NCBI GenBank assembly: GCA_045046875.1
Contig: JASFYY010000129.1
Coordinates: 1 to 53,389 of the forward strand
Source of the DNA: Verrucomicrobiota bacterium
GTDB taxonomy: Bacteria; Verrucomicrobiota; Verrucomicrobiia; Verrucomicrobiales; DEV007
Direction: 5' to 3'
DNA: 53,389 nt
The notes under the pieces were generated by a model. That model had not been told where the DNA came from and ran no database searches. It saw only the letters and a program-made list of their open reading frames with translations. The position numbers and the translations under genes are program-made. Position 1 is the stretch's first letter, and every line of letters starts with the position of its first letter. Of the stretch, positions 9,851-20,134 are shown piece after piece.

Positions 9851-10708
9851 TTAATCGGGCTGTTGGCGAATTTCGGTTCCTAGTCGTTCACAGGCGACGG
9901 ATAGGTATTCTTCATCGATTTCGAAACCGATGAAGTGGTCGACTTTCTGTGATTGGGCGGCTTTGGCGCTGTGGCCGATGCCGAGGAAGGGGTCGAGCAT
10001 GGTGCATTGTTCGGAGGGAGTGCCGTGCAGCTTGATGCACTTTTCTGCTAGTTCGACGGGGAAGGTGGCGGGGTGGGGGCGCTGACCCTTGCGGCTTTTG
10101 ATGGTTTTGTAAGGCACAAACCAGTTGTTGCCGCGACAGCGTTTGTCCTTGCCTTCGGTGTGTCCCCAACGGGCGATGTTGCTTTTGTAGGTGTAGGGTA
10201 CGCCGACGGCGAGACGGTCGAGTGGGTTGTCACCGTTTTTGGTGAGATGAAAAAGATACTCGTGGCAGTCGGTGATGTAGCGCTTGGAGTTGATCGGTTT
10301 GAAGTGACCGGCTGACAGGTGAGGCACGTCGGGGGTTTTCACCGAGATCGATTTGATCCAGTGCAGGGTGTTTTGCAGAATAAAAATGTCACGCAGGCGA
10401 AGGATCAGTTCGTGTGGCATGTAGGGCTGCTTGGGGGATCCGGCGACATTGAGGAAGAGGGCGCCGTCATCTTTGAGCACACGTTTCACCGCCCCGGCCC
10501 ATTCACAGGACCAGACGAGGTATTCCTCGGGGGTGCGTTGGTCTTCGTATTTGGAGTATTTGATGCCGAGATTGTAGGGAGGGGAGGTGACCACCAGATC
10601 AACGGATTTTTCCGGAATGCGGGCAAGCCCGGCCACGCAGTCCCCGAGATAAAGGTTGAGCCGGGTTGGAGAGGGGGGGGCGGTGAATAGTTCTGCTTCG
10701 TCGCTCAT
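9851..10708 (-). CDS. Site-specific amino-DNA methyltransferase (N4-C/N6-A, beta class), orphan
   Basis: VTSPPYN (motif IV) precedes HPATFP and LDPFLGIG (motif I); no restriction enzyme adjacent. Confidence 0.9.
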   Translation of the reverse strand: MSDEAELFTAPPSPTRLNLYLGDCVAGLARIPEKSVDLVVTSPPYNLGIKYSKYEDQRTPEEYLVWSCEWAGAVKRVLKDDGALFLNVAGSPKQPYMPHELILRLRDIFILQNTLHWIKSISVKTPDVPHLSAGHFKPINSKRYITDCHEYLFHLTKNGDNPLDRLAVGVPYTYKSNIARWGHTEGKDKRCRGNNWFVPYKTIKSRKGQRPHPATFPVELAEKCIKLHGTPSEQCTMLDPFLGIGHSAKAAQSQKVDHFIGFEIDEEYLSVACERLGTEIRQQPD

Positions 10709-10765
10709 CGAGGGGAAGGTGACACGAATCAGGGAAAAGGTAAGTAAATATTGTGTGCTTGTTTC

Positions 10766-10815
10766 TTGACAATTGAAACAAGTGTTTTAAACGTATGATT
10801 GAAACGTTTGTTTCA
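10766..10815 (+). promoter_or_regulatory. TTGACA box plus three AAAC-N4-G(T/A)TT units with a 13-bp period, putative TetR operator
   Basis: aaacaagtgtttt / aaacgtatgattg / aaacgtttgtttc at 10776, 10789 and 10802, ending 18 bp before the TetR start. Confidence 0.65.
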
Positions 10816-10832
10816 TATTTATTGAGTCTGTT

Positions 10833-11510
10833 ATGTCTGTGCCTGAAAAGAATCAACCTGAAGCCTCCGAGGTCCGTGAGCGGATACTTGATGCGGCCGA
10901 GGAGTTGTTTGCGGACCAGGGTTTTGATTCGGTGTCGTTGCGCCAGATTACGACTCGTGCGGACGTGAACCTGGCGGCGGTGAATTATTATTTTGGTTCC
11001 AAAGGGGGCTTGGTGGTCGAGGTGTTGGCACGGGTGGTGGGGCCGATTAATCAACGACGTCTGCAGATGTTGGATGAAGCTGAGACGCAGGCAGCGGACG
11101 AGGCGGTAGAGGTGGAGACTATTTTGGCAGCGGTTTTTCGTCCGGTGATTGTTTCGATGAATGAGTCGGAGCATTCCCGTCAGGTCGTGATGAAGTTGGC
11201 CGGGCGCTGTATGAGTGAAGCCGGGTCGGAGATGCCAGAGGCGATGAGGTGTCTTTTCCGTGAAGTGGCGGATCGTTTTTGTGCGGCTTTGTCCAAGGCT
11301 TTACCTCGATTGTCTTCGGCGGAGGTTTTTTGGCGCATGCATTTCACTATAGGTTCGATGTTGTATGCTTTGACCCAGCATGAGACTTTGGTTTTACTTT
11401 CTGATGGTAAGGTGTTGGCCGATGACGCCGAAAAGGCCTTGGAAGAATTAGTGGCTTTCACTGCCGGGGGATTACGGGCACAGAATGCAAAAAAAGGAGC
11501 TGAAAAATGA
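10833..11510 (+). CDS. TetR/AcrR family regulator (PsrA-like)
   Basis: RERILDAAEELFA..G, SLRQIT..ADVNLAAVNYYFGSK HTH; FWRMHF C-terminal motif. Confidence 0.92.
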   Translation: MSVPEKNQPEASEVRERILDAAEELFADQGFDSVSLRQITTRADVNLAAVNYYFGSKGGLVVEVLARVVGPINQRRLQMLDEAETQAADEAVEVETILAAVFRPVIVSMNESEHSRQVVMKLAGRCMSEAGSEMPEAMRCLFREVADRFCAALSKALPRLSSAEVFWRMHFTIGSMLYALTQHETLVLLSDGKVLADDAEKALEELVAFTAGGLRAQNAKKGAEK

Positions 11511-12973
11511 GAGTGAATTTTGTGATCTCATATCCAGGAGCTATAGCATTAACGTTGCTGGCGGTTTCTTGTGCCGGAACTTCACCCAAGTCGAGTAAGG
11601 GCAAGTTGGATGTGGGCGCACCGGAGGTTTACCAGGCGACGGATCGTCAAGGACGGGCGCTTGCCGATGTGCATTGGATCGCAGATTTCCATGACAGCAA
11701 ATTGAGTGCTCTGGTCAAGGAGGCTAATCTGAATAATCGTGATTTGGCGGCGGCGGCGGCTAATGTTGAAATAGCCGGGGCGCGGGCGATTCAGGCGGGT
11801 AGTGCTCTTTTCCCTCAGATCAACGGGCTGGGACGGGGACGGCGGGCGAAGCAGAATTTTATTGGTTTTCCGGTTGGACCAGGTGGTTCGACTCCGGTAT
11901 TGCAGAGTTTGAGCAATCAATACGACTTGTCGATGGACCTGAGTTGGGAGTTGGATTTGTGGGGAAGAATCCGTGCGGGGCAGTCGGCGGCGGTGGCAGA
12001 GCTGCAAGCGACGCAGACGGATCGTGCGGCGGCGCAGTTGTCGGTCGGGGCGCAAACCGCTAAGTTATGGTTTGCTTTGATCGAAACGCGGCAGCAGGAA
12101 AATCTAGCGCGTAGGACAGTGGAGATTTTTGGTAAAACGGAAAAAATCCTGCGGGATAAATTTGAACTGGGTATCGCCGACGAGCAGAAAGGTTTGGCGT
12201 CGCAGTTGCGGTTGGCGATGTCGGACCAGGCAACGGCACGCGAGGCTTTGACGCGCCAGAAACAACAGCGTGAGCAGATCAGTCGACAACTGGAGGTTTT
12301 GTTGGGACGATATCCGGGTGGGGCCCTGAGCAGCGGGGTGAATTTGCCCAAAATGCCACCCACTCCGCCGGCGGGTTTACCGGCTTCGCTGTTGGATCGT
12401 CGTCCGGATCTGGTGGCTGCGGAACGCCGTCTGGCAGCGACGGATAAACGTTTATTGGAAGCTAAGCTGGCGATGTTTCCGACGATTTCCCTGACCGCTT
12501 CCGGAGGGCGGACAAGCAACGATTTGCAGAGTCTGACGGACGGTAATCTGAGTGTGTGGAGTCTTGCCGGTGGGGTGACGCAGCCGGTGTTTCAAGGGGG
12601 CAGGATCCGTGAGGGGATCAATATTCGTAAAGGGGAAGCCAAGCGGGCTTTGGCCAATTATGAAAAGGACGCGCTGGTGGCGTTCCGTGAGGTGGAGGAT
12701 GCCTTGGCGGCGGAGTCATATTTGTCACGCCGCGAGAAGGATCTGATCGCGGCGGCCAAACTGGCGGCTGAGGCGCATCAATCAGCGGATGAAGAATACG
12801 CCAACGGGGTAGGGGATGTATTGACGATGCTGACGGCGCAGCGGCAGATGGTGCTGAAAGAATCAGAGCGTCTGGTGATCCGCCGGGTGCGTTTGGATAA
12901 TCGGGTTGATCTTTATCTGGCCTTGGGCGGGGATTTTAAGGAACGAAAAAAACAGACAGCAGCAGAAGAATGA
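11507..12973 (+). CDS. RND efflux outer-membrane factor lipoprotein (NodT/OprM-like)
   Basis: Lipobox LAVSC; SWELDLWGR, LLDRRPDL.AAE and LYLALGG motifs. Confidence 0.92.
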   Translation: MRVNFVISYPGAIALTLLAVSCAGTSPKSSKGKLDVGAPEVYQATDRQGRALADVHWIADFHDSKLSALVKEANLNNRDLAAAAANVEIAGARAIQAGSALFPQINGLGRGRRAKQNFIGFPVGPGGSTPVLQSLSNQYDLSMDLSWELDLWGRIRAGQSAAVAELQATQTDRAAAQLSVGAQTAKLWFALIETRQQENLARRTVEIFGKTEKILRDKFELGIADEQKGLASQLRLAMSDQATAREALTRQKQQREQISRQLEVLLGRYPGGALSSGVNLPKMPPTPPAGLPASLLDRRPDLVAAERRLAATDKRLLEAKLAMFPTISLTASGGRTSNDLQSLTDGNLSVWSLAGGVTQPVFQGGRIREGINIRKGEAKRALANYEKDALVAFREVEDALAAESYLSRREKDLIAAAKLAAEAHQSADEEYANGVGDVLTMLTAQRQMVLKESERLVIRRVRLDNRVDLYLALGGDFKERKKQTAAEE

Positions 12974-12983
12974 ATTTTTCTAA

Positions 12984-13036
12984 CATCAGTGGCCATCAGT
13001 GGTTAACAAATATTTTAACCACTGATAAAAACTGAT
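12984..13036. repeat. CACTGAT-family hairpin inside the RND operon
   Basis: atcagtggttaa (12995-13006) pairs with ttaaccactgat (13015-13026); additional atcagt/actgat units flank it. Confidence 0.8.
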
Positions 13037-13055
13037 TTTTATTTGAGGACAAGAC

Positions 13056-14243
13056 ATGAATTTTTTGAAAATCATATTGGGTTTGGGGATTCTGGCAGGA
13101 GCTGGGGGGGCGGTTTTTTTGTTGGAATTGAATAGGCCCAAAGCGCAGGTGACGGATATTAAAAAGGTATTACCCGCGGTGGAAGTCATGCAGGTGAATT
13201 CATCAGACCGTGAGATGGAGGTGCCTTCACAGGGGGTGGTGGAAGCGAGAAAGACGACCCAGGTGGCAGCTGAGGTTGCAGGACGGGTAGTGTCGGTGTC
13301 TGAGAAATTTGATAAAGGCGGTGAGTTCGTTGAGGGGGAGATGGTGATAAAGCTAGATGAGGCGGATTACAAAGCGGCGGTGGCCGAGGCAAAAGCCTCA
13401 CTGGTGGAGAGGAAATTATTGTTGGAAACGGAGCAGGCTAAAGCGGCTCAGGCAAAACGTGATTGGGATAATCTGGGGCGAGCGGGAGCGGCGAAGGATC
13501 TGACCTTGCGGAAACCGCAACTGGCGAGTGCCGAGGCAAAAGTGGAGGCTGCCAAGGCGGCGCTTAAAAAAGCGGAACGTGATTTGGCGAGAACGGAAAT
13601 CAAAGCTCCTTTTGCCGGCAGGATCCGAAAAATCAACACCGAGTTGGGAGCTTACCTGAAACCGGGAAATCCGGTGGTGGAGTATTACACCACCGAGCCT
13701 TACGAATTGCGAATGCCGATCTCGTTAGATGAATTGCAATTTGTCAAAAATGTCAAACAAGGGGGCAACGGCGCCCAGGTTGAAATTATCACTGCTGCGG
13801 GCGGAGAGTTATTCACTTGGAAGGGCGAGGTGATTCGCAATGAGTCGGAGATCGAACGAGCGAGTCGTTCGATCTATCTGGTGGCTTTGATGGAGGGCAG
13901 AAGCGAAGGTGAGGGAGTGCGTTTGCAGCCGGGCTTGTTTGTCCAGGCACGTATCGAAGGGGGCACTCTAAAGGACAGCTTCGAGGTGCCGATGAAGGCT
14001 TTTGTGGACTTGAATCATTTGCTGATAGTGAATGATAAAAGCCGGCTGGAGATACGCCAGGTGCGAGTGGTTCGTAGGGAGGGTGCGGTGGCGATCATTG
14101 CCGAGGGTTTGAAGAATGGGGAGCGGATTTGTATGACGGCCTTGCCGGATGTGATCGATGGCATGGAGGTGAGGATTGTGGAGGAGGAAAAAGTTAAAGA
14201 GGATGGGAACAAACAAACGACGCAGTCGACTCAGTTGCCTTGA
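13056..14243 (+). CDS. RND periplasmic adaptor (membrane fusion protein)
   Basis: N-terminal TM, AEVAGRV lipoyl half, coiled coil, IKAPFAG, LQPGLFV. Confidence 0.92.
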   Translation: MNFLKIILGLGILAGAGGAVFLLELNRPKAQVTDIKKVLPAVEVMQVNSSDREMEVPSQGVVEARKTTQVAAEVAGRVVSVSEKFDKGGEFVEGEMVIKLDEADYKAAVAEAKASLVERKLLLETEQAKAAQAKRDWDNLGRAGAAKDLTLRKPQLASAEAKVEAAKAALKKAERDLARTEIKAPFAGRIRKINTELGAYLKPGNPVVEYYTTEPYELRMPISLDELQFVKNVKQGGNGAQVEIITAAGGELFTWKGEVIRNESEIERASRSIYLVALMEGRSEGEGVRLQPGLFVQARIEGGTLKDSFEVPMKAFVDLNHLLIVNDKSRLEIRQVRVVRREGAVAIIAEGLKNGERICMTALPDVIDGMEVRIVEEEKVKEDGNKQTTQSTQLP

Positions 14244-14294
14244 TGGCATTGAGGATATCATGTGTGTTAGAATTTATCCGGAAATATCTGTATT

Positions 14295-17200
14295 GTGGAA
14301 AAGCTGATCAATTGGTTTTGTAATAATCACGTCGCCGCCAATTTCATGATGGTGGTGATCGTGGCTTTGGGTATTGCGACCTGGTTTGGTTTGAAAAAGG
14401 AGATTTTTCCCGAGACCAGTGTGGATATCATTATGGTGAGGGTTCCCTACCCCAATGCGACTCCGGAAGAGGTGGAGAAGGGGGTGAACGTTCCAGTAGA
14501 AGAGGCGATTCAGGATCTGGATGGCATCGAGAGGTTGAAATCCACGGCTGCCCAGGGAATGGGGGTGGTGCTGATAGAGGTGGCCACGGGATATGATGTG
14601 CGCGATTTGATGGGCGATGTAAAAACCCGGGTCGATGCGATTCAGAATCTGGCTGAAGAAACTGAAAAACCGGTGCTGGAAGAGGTGATCATCAAATCCC
14701 AGGTGATGAGCATTGCGGTGTCGGCGCAGACGGATGAGAAGACTTTGAGTAAATTGACTCAAGAGGTTCGCGACGGTTTGTTGAATTACAAGGGCGGGAA
14801 AACTTCCATCACCCAGGCTCAATTGGCAGGGGTGAGGGATTATGAAATTTCGATCGAGGTGTCGGAGCAAACCTTGCGCGCTTACGGATTGACGTTTGAC
14901 CAGTTGGCAACTGCGGTGCGGGCTTCTTCTTTGGATTTACCGGGCGGGTCGGTGCGCACTTCGGCTGGGGAGGTTTTGATCCGCACTGAAGCGAAGCGTT
15001 ATACGGCCAGTGAGTTTGCTTCGGTGACGGTGGTGACTCATCCAGATGGCTCGACTTTGAAACTGGGAGATATCGCTACCATTCGGGACGGTTTTGAAGA
15101 GGTGGATCTCAGCAGTCGTTTTGATGGGCGTCCGGCGATGTTGATCAATGTTTTCCGAGTCGGCAATGAGGACACTTTGGAAGTTGCCGATACGGTGAGG
15201 AAGTATGTTTACGAGGTGGCACCTTTGATGCTGCCCGAGGATGTGGAATTGGAAATTTGGCGGGACGAATCGAGTTTCCTGAGAGGGCGGATGAATTTGT
15301 TGGGTCGGAATGGTTTGATCGGTCTGCTGTTGGTGACGGTGGTATTGGCTTTGTTTCTGCGTCCGAGCCTGGCTTTGTTGGTGGCTTTGGGCATTCCGGT
15401 TTCGTTTGCGGGGGCGATTTTTCTGATGCCGATCACTGGTATCTCGATCAACATGATATCCTTGTTTGCGTTCATTCTGGTATTGGGGATCGTGGTGGAC
15501 GATGCGATTGTGATTGGTGAGAATGTTTACCGGCGGATTCGCAATGGAGAAGATCCGCGCACGGCGGCGCCACGGGGAACACACGAGGTCGGGGTGGTGG
15601 TGATCTTTGGAGTGTTGACGACGATGATGGCGTTTACGCCGATGTTGGGATTGAGCGGGGTGAGTGGTAAGATCTGGCCCAATATTCCCTACATTGTGAT
15701 CCCGACCCTATTCTTTTCCTTGATTCAATCGAAGTTGGTTTTGCCAGCGCATTTGGCGATGTTGAAACCTCATGACCCGACCGCGCCAGTGGGCTGGATA
15801 CATCGGGTGCAACGATCCTTTTCCCATGGTTTGGAAACTTTTGTCGATCGGGTCTATCGGCCGTTTTTGAAGGTCTGTTTGCACAATCGGTATTTGGTTC
15901 TGGCCACATTCATGGCGGTATTGATCGTGGTGGTGGGTTTGGTGGGTACGGGTTGGGTGCGGTTTATGTTTTTTCCGAAAGTGGAAGCAGACATTGTATC
16001 GGCTAAGATCGAAATGGCCAAAGGGGTGCCGATCGAGGTGACGGAAAAAGCGGTGGCTCAGATCGAAGCAGCAGCGCTTCAGCTCAATGAAGAGTTCAAG
16101 GATAATGATGGCAATAAGATCATCAAACACATGTTGGCGAGCAGCGGCACGCAGCCTTTCCAGATCAGTATTTTTGTTGCGGGCGGGGTGCCCAAGGACA
16201 GTAATCTGGGTGAGGTGACTTTGGAATTGCAGCCGGCTTCCAATCGGAATGTTACAGGTTCGGTGATAGCGGCCCGCTGGCGGGAATTGACGGAGGACAT
16301 CCCCGGTGCGGTTGAGCTGACTTTTCAGACGGAAGCGGCGGGCGGCGGCAATGCGATTGATCTGGAGATTTCGGGACCGGATCTTGACTTGTTGTCGGAG
16401 ATTGTCGATGAGATCAAAGCTGAATTGGGCAAGATCGATGGGGTGATCGATATCGCGGACAGCCATCGTGAAGGCAAACGGGAGCTGAAGTTGGAAATTT
16501 TGCCTGCTGCCGAAGCGATGGGTTTGAGATTGAATGACATCGCTTTGCAGGTAAGGCAGGGGTTTTATGGAGAGGAGATCCAGCGTCTGCAGCGCGGACG
16601 GGATGAAGTGAAGGTGTTTGTGCGTTATCCGGAGAGCGAGCGCAAGGCGATCAGCGATTTGGATCAGATGAAGATCCGCACACGCTCGGGAGCCGAGGTG
16701 CCGTTTTCTGCGGTGGCCAAAGCGAACTTTGGACGGTCTTATGCGTCGATCCAGCGCAATGACCGTCGCCGGGCGATCACGATTACGGCAGATTTGGATA
16801 AAAATAAGGATGTGAACGCTAACGAGGTGGTGGCGGCTTTGGTGAATGAAAGTGAGGACAAAAAAGGGGTGTTGATTCGGATGCTCGAAAAATACCCTCA
16901 GGTTACATACAGCTTCGAAGGTGAGCAGAAGGATCAGCGTAAATCAGTGAAGGAAATGGGGCAGAAAGCTTTATTGGCCTTGTTGGGCATGTATGTGTTG
17001 ATGGCGATTCCTTTGAAGTCCTACATTCAACCTATCATTGTGATGTCGGCGATTCCCTTTGGCATGGTGGGGGCGGTGATCGGGCATGTGATCATGGGTT
17101 TTGATCTGAGCATCATGTCGATGTGTGGCATCGTTGCCTTGGCCGGGGTGGTGGTGAACGACAGTCTGGTTCTGGTGGATTATGTGAACCGTCATCGTGG

Positions 17201-17480
17201 TGAGGGATCCATTGTGGATGCGGCTTGGGAGGCGGGCGCGCGTCGTTTTCGCCCGATTATACTGACGTCCTTAACGACCTTTGCCGGGCTGACACCGATG
17301 TTGTTGGAGACGGATATTCAGGCGAAATTTTTGATTCCGATGGCGGTGTCTTTGAGTTTCGGGATTCTTTTTGCGACGGCGATCACTTTGATTCTGGTGC
17401 CGAGTATTTATCTGATGCTCGATGATGCGCTGCGTTTGCTGAAGCGTATTTTCGGGATGGAGGAAAAAGAATTGAGTTAA
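14295..17480 (+). CDS. RND efflux permease (AcrB family)
   Basis: 1061 aa; GIVVDDAIVIGEN, GVVVNDSLV and RFRPIILTSLTT motifs. Confidence 0.95.
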   Translation: MEKLINWFCNNHVAANFMMVVIVALGIATWFGLKKEIFPETSVDIIMVRVPYPNATPEEVEKGVNVPVEEAIQDLDGIERLKSTAAQGMGVVLIEVATGYDVRDLMGDVKTRVDAIQNLAEETEKPVLEEVIIKSQVMSIAVSAQTDEKTLSKLTQEVRDGLLNYKGGKTSITQAQLAGVRDYEISIEVSEQTLRAYGLTFDQLATAVRASSLDLPGGSVRTSAGEVLIRTEAKRYTASEFASVTVVTHPDGSTLKLGDIATIRDGFEEVDLSSRFDGRPAMLINVFRVGNEDTLEVADTVRKYVYEVAPLMLPEDVELEIWRDESSFLRGRMNLLGRNGLIGLLLVTVVLALFLRPSLALLVALGIPVSFAGAIFLMPITGISINMISLFAFILVLGIVVDDAIVIGENVYRRIRNGEDPRTAAPRGTHEVGVVVIFGVLTTMMAFTPMLGLSGVSGKIWPNIPYIVIPTLFFSLIQSKLVLPAHLAMLKPHDPTAPVGWIHRVQRSFSHGLETFVDRVYRPFLKVCLHNRYLVLATFMAVLIVVVGLVGTGWVRFMFFPKVEADIVSAKIEMAKGVPIEVTEKAVAQIEAAALQLNEEFKDNDGNKIIKHMLASSGTQPFQISIFVAGGVPKDSNLGEVTLELQPASNRNVTGSVIAARWRELTEDIPGAVELTFQTEAAGGGNAIDLEISGPDLDLLSEIVDEIKAELGKIDGVIDIADSHREGKRELKLEILPAAEAMGLRLNDIALQVRQGFYGEEIQRLQRGRDEVKVFVRYPESERKAISDLDQMKIRTRSGAEVPFSAVAKANFGRSYASIQRNDRRRAITITADLDKNKDVNANEVVAALVNESEDKKGVLIRMLEKYPQVTYSFEGEQKDQRKSVKEMGQKALLALLGMYVLMAIPLKSYIQPIIVMSAIPFGMVGAVIGHVIMGFDLSIMSMCGIVALAGVVVNDSLVLVDYVNRHRGEGSIVDAAWEAGARRFRPIILTSLTTFAGLTPMLLETDIQAKFLIPMAVSLSFGILFATAITLILVPSIYLMLDDALRLLKRIFGMEEKELS

Positions 17481-17543
17481 AAATCATAGAATGAGCCAAG
17501 TGCGTGACGCTTGTGCGTTGTCGTGCTAAATTGTTGATCGTAT

Positions 17544-18233
17544 ATGGGAGCACTACTGGCATTATTGACAATCGTGACTTTTTCACTACTCGTGGTGCGA
17601 GTGGGGGCCAAGGCTTTGATGATGACAGGCTTGAGTTGGGATACGGCGAGTTTCCAAGCTTACTCGGCTTTTTTTGGAGTGGGTTTTACTACCAAAGAGG
17701 CAGAGATGGTGGTGGATCATCCGATTCGCCGCCGGATCATCAAACATTTGATTTTATTCGGCAATGTCGGCCTGACATCGGCTTTTGCTACTTTGGTGGT
17801 TACCTTTGTGCAGACGACGGGTGTCACTCAGACACTGGAGGCGGCGGGTTTGATAGCGGCGGGATTGATTATACTGGTGATTTTGTCCAGAGTTGAGTTT
17901 TTAAAGAGCGCGATCGATTATGTGATTCAGTTGTCATTGGAAAGGGCAGGGGTGTCCCATGTGCTGGATTACGAGTTGTTGCTGCGGGTGCAGTCGGGCT
18001 ATTGTGTGTCCGAGATTGATGTGCTGGAGGACAATCCGATAGCAGGGAAAGCTCTGGCTGAAACCCGTCCGGCGGATAAGGGAATCATTGTTTTGGGCAT
18101 CACGGGGGCTGACGGAGTTTTCCATGGGGTGCCGGGTCCGTTGGATCGGGTGGAAGTGGGGGATGTGATCACGGTGTATGGAAATGAGGAAGCGATCAAA
18201 AAACTGATTTGCGAAGCGGGCGAGTGTGATTGA
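17544..18233 (+). CDS. Membrane protein with C-terminal TrkA-C (RCK_C) domain
   Basis: TGLS...[18 protein letters not shown]-terminal TM region; C-terminal [11 protein letters not shown]. Confidence 0.8.
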   Translation: MGALLALLTIVTFSLLVVRVGAKALMMTGLSWDTASFQAYSAFFGVGFTTKEAEMVVDHPIRRRIIKHLILFGNVGLTSAFATLVVTFVQTTGVTQTLEAAGLIAAGLIILVILSRVEFLKSAIDYVIQLSLERAGVSHVLDYELLLRVQSGYCVSEIDVLEDNPIAGKALAETRPADKGIIVLGITGADGVFHGVPGPLDRVEVGDVITVYGNEEAIKKLICEAGECD

Positions 18234-18250
18234 TTAGAGGGATATCAATT

Positions 18251-19219
18251 ATGTCTGTAGAATTTAAAGATTATTATGAAATCCTCGGCGTGGAGCGTGA
18301 GGCGGATGACGATGCGATCCGCAAGGCTTACCGCAAGTTGGCGCGCAAGTATCATCCGGATGTGGCCAAGGACAAGGTGGAGGGAGAGCGTAAGTTCAAG
18401 GAACTGAATGAGGCGTATGAGGTGCTGAGTGATGCGGGCAAGAGGCGTAAGTATGATCAGTTGGGGGAGAATTGGGATCAGCCGGGCGCTGGTTTTGGTG
18501 GCGGCGGGCAGTCGGCCTGGGGTGGTGGAGGCGGAGGTGGTCAGGATTGGCATTTTGAAGGTACGGGCTTCAGTGATTTTTTTGAACAAATGTTCGGTTC
18601 GGGCATGGGCGGTGGTGGCGGACGCGGGGGATTTCCCGGGCAACAGGCTCGCAGCAATCAACCGCGCAAGGGGCGGGATGTGGAGACGGATTTGATGGTT
18701 TCATTGGACGAGGTTTATCATGGTTCGACCCGCACTTTGCGTTTGCGCAAACCGGGAGGCGCGGTGGGAGATGAGTCGGCGATTCAGACCGGCAAGGTAA
18801 AAATTCCGGTAGGGGTGCAGGCAGGGCAGATGTTGCGGTTGAAGGGTTTGGGCAATCCGGGGCTTAACGGAGGGGCGGCGGGGGATTTGTATCTCAATGT
18901 TCGTTTGGAGCGTCATCCCGATTTTCATGTGCAGGGTGTGGATCTTTATCACGACATCGATCTGGCTCCCTGGGATGCGGTTTTGGGCACAGCGGTGGAG
19001 GTTCGGGTGCCTAAAGGCAAGGTCAAACTCAAGGTGCCTGCGGGCAGTGGGGAGGGGGATGATTTGCGTTTGGGAGGTTTGGGATTGCCGAACGGCGAGG
19101 GTGGTTTTGGAGATCTGCATGCGGTGGTGAAATTAAAAGTGCCATCCAGTGTGAACCGTGAGGAAAAGGTAGTTTGGGAGAAGTTGAAAAAGATATCGAG
19201 TTTTAAAGCAGGAGAGTGA
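18251..19219 (+). CDS. Class II DnaJ chaperone (CbpA-like)
   Basis: [17 protein letters not shown]-rich linker, no CxxCxGxG zinc finger. Confidence 0.92.
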   Translation: MSVEFKDYYEILGVEREADDDAIRKAYRKLARKYHPDVAKDKVEGERKFKELNEAYEVLSDAGKRRKYDQLGENWDQPGAGFGGGGQSAWGGGGGGGQDWHFEGTGFSDFFEQMFGSGMGGGGGRGGFPGQQARSNQPRKGRDVETDLMVSLDEVYHGSTRTLRLRKPGGAVGDESAIQTGKVKIPVGVQAGQMLRLKGLGNPGLNGGAAGDLYLNVRLERHPDFHVQGVDLYHDIDLAPWDAVLGTAVEVRVPKGKVKLKVPAGSGEGDDLRLGGLGLPNGEGGFGDLHAVVKLKVPSSVNREEKVVWEKLKKISSFKAGE

Positions 19220-19225
19220 TTGGTG

Positions 19226-20134
19226 ATGATGAAGGCATGGCAGCAGATAATTGTGGGCATAGATTTTTCCCGTCCGTGCATCAATGCCTTGCGAGAGGCG
19301 GGGAGGATGGCGCAGTGGTCGGGGGCGCAGTTGACAGTGATCCATGTGGTGGATCAGGCGGCTTTGGAGGCGATCGGAGAGCAGGTTGATGTGAAAAAAA
19401 TTGATGTGCCGGGTCGGGCGGAAAGACGCTTGAAGGATTTTGTGGAGCAGCATTTGCAATTGAAACTGAAACTGCCGGTAAATATAGAAATCGGAGTGGG
19501 GCATCCTTTTGAAGAAATGGTGGCGGCGTGTGAAGCGCATCAGGCGGATCTTCTGGTGATGGGGGCTCAGGGCAACAGTGGGCGTGGTTGGCGGACGGGG
19601 GTTTTAGCGAGCAATTGTGTGCGGCGGGCTCCGGTCGAGGTTTTGTTGGTCCGGGGTTTTCAGGATCAGCGTTTTTGTAAAATACTGGTGTGTGTGGATT
19701 TTTCTGAAACTGCCAAACATGCCATCGAGCAGGGCTTGATGATCGCTCGTCAGGATCGGGCGGAGGTGGAGTTTCTCTATGTTTACCAGCCGATCACAGA
19801 GATGACGGGGGATCTGGCGGCTTTTGTCCAAATCATGCCGCCGGTGAACAATGTGGATTACCGGAAAACGGTGGAGAAGGATTTACAGATTTTCATGCAG
19901 CCTTTTTTAGCAGACAGTGATGATCTGGAGTATCGCATCAGGGTGGTTGAAAACAGCCGGGTGGCCGATGCCATCATTGATCGCGCCAATGACAGTGGTG
20001 CGGATCTGGTGGTATTGGGAACTCGCGGACGAGCGGGGTTGAAGCGATTGCTGCTGCTGGGTACCACTGCGGAGCGAATCGTGTCGGATGCTCCCTGTTC
20101 GGTATTAACTGTTAAACCTAAGGTTCATGGGTGA
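19226..20134 (+). CDS. Tandem universal stress protein
   Basis: Two USP domains: IVGIDFS..DLLVMG and LVCVDFS..DLVVLGTRGR..LGTTAE..PCSVL. Confidence 0.92.
   Translation: MMKAWQQIIVGIDFSRPCINALREAGRMAQWSGAQLTVIHVVDQAALEAIGEQVDVKKIDVPGRAERRLKDFVEQHLQLKLKLPVNIEIGVGHPFEEMVAACEAHQADLLVMGAQGNSGRGWRTGVLASNCVRRAPVEVLLVRGFQDQRFCKILVCVDFSETAKHAIEQGLMIARQDRAEVEFLYVYQPITEMTGDLAAFVQIMPPVNNVDYRKTVEKDLQIFMQPFLADSDDLEYRIRVVENSRVADAIIDRANDSGADLVVLGTRGRAGLKRLLLLGTTAERIVSDAPCSVLTVKPKVHG

Noticed and set aside
9359..10708. Restriction-modification or defence system
   Set aside because: The MTase neighbour is a membrane protein with no nuclease motif.
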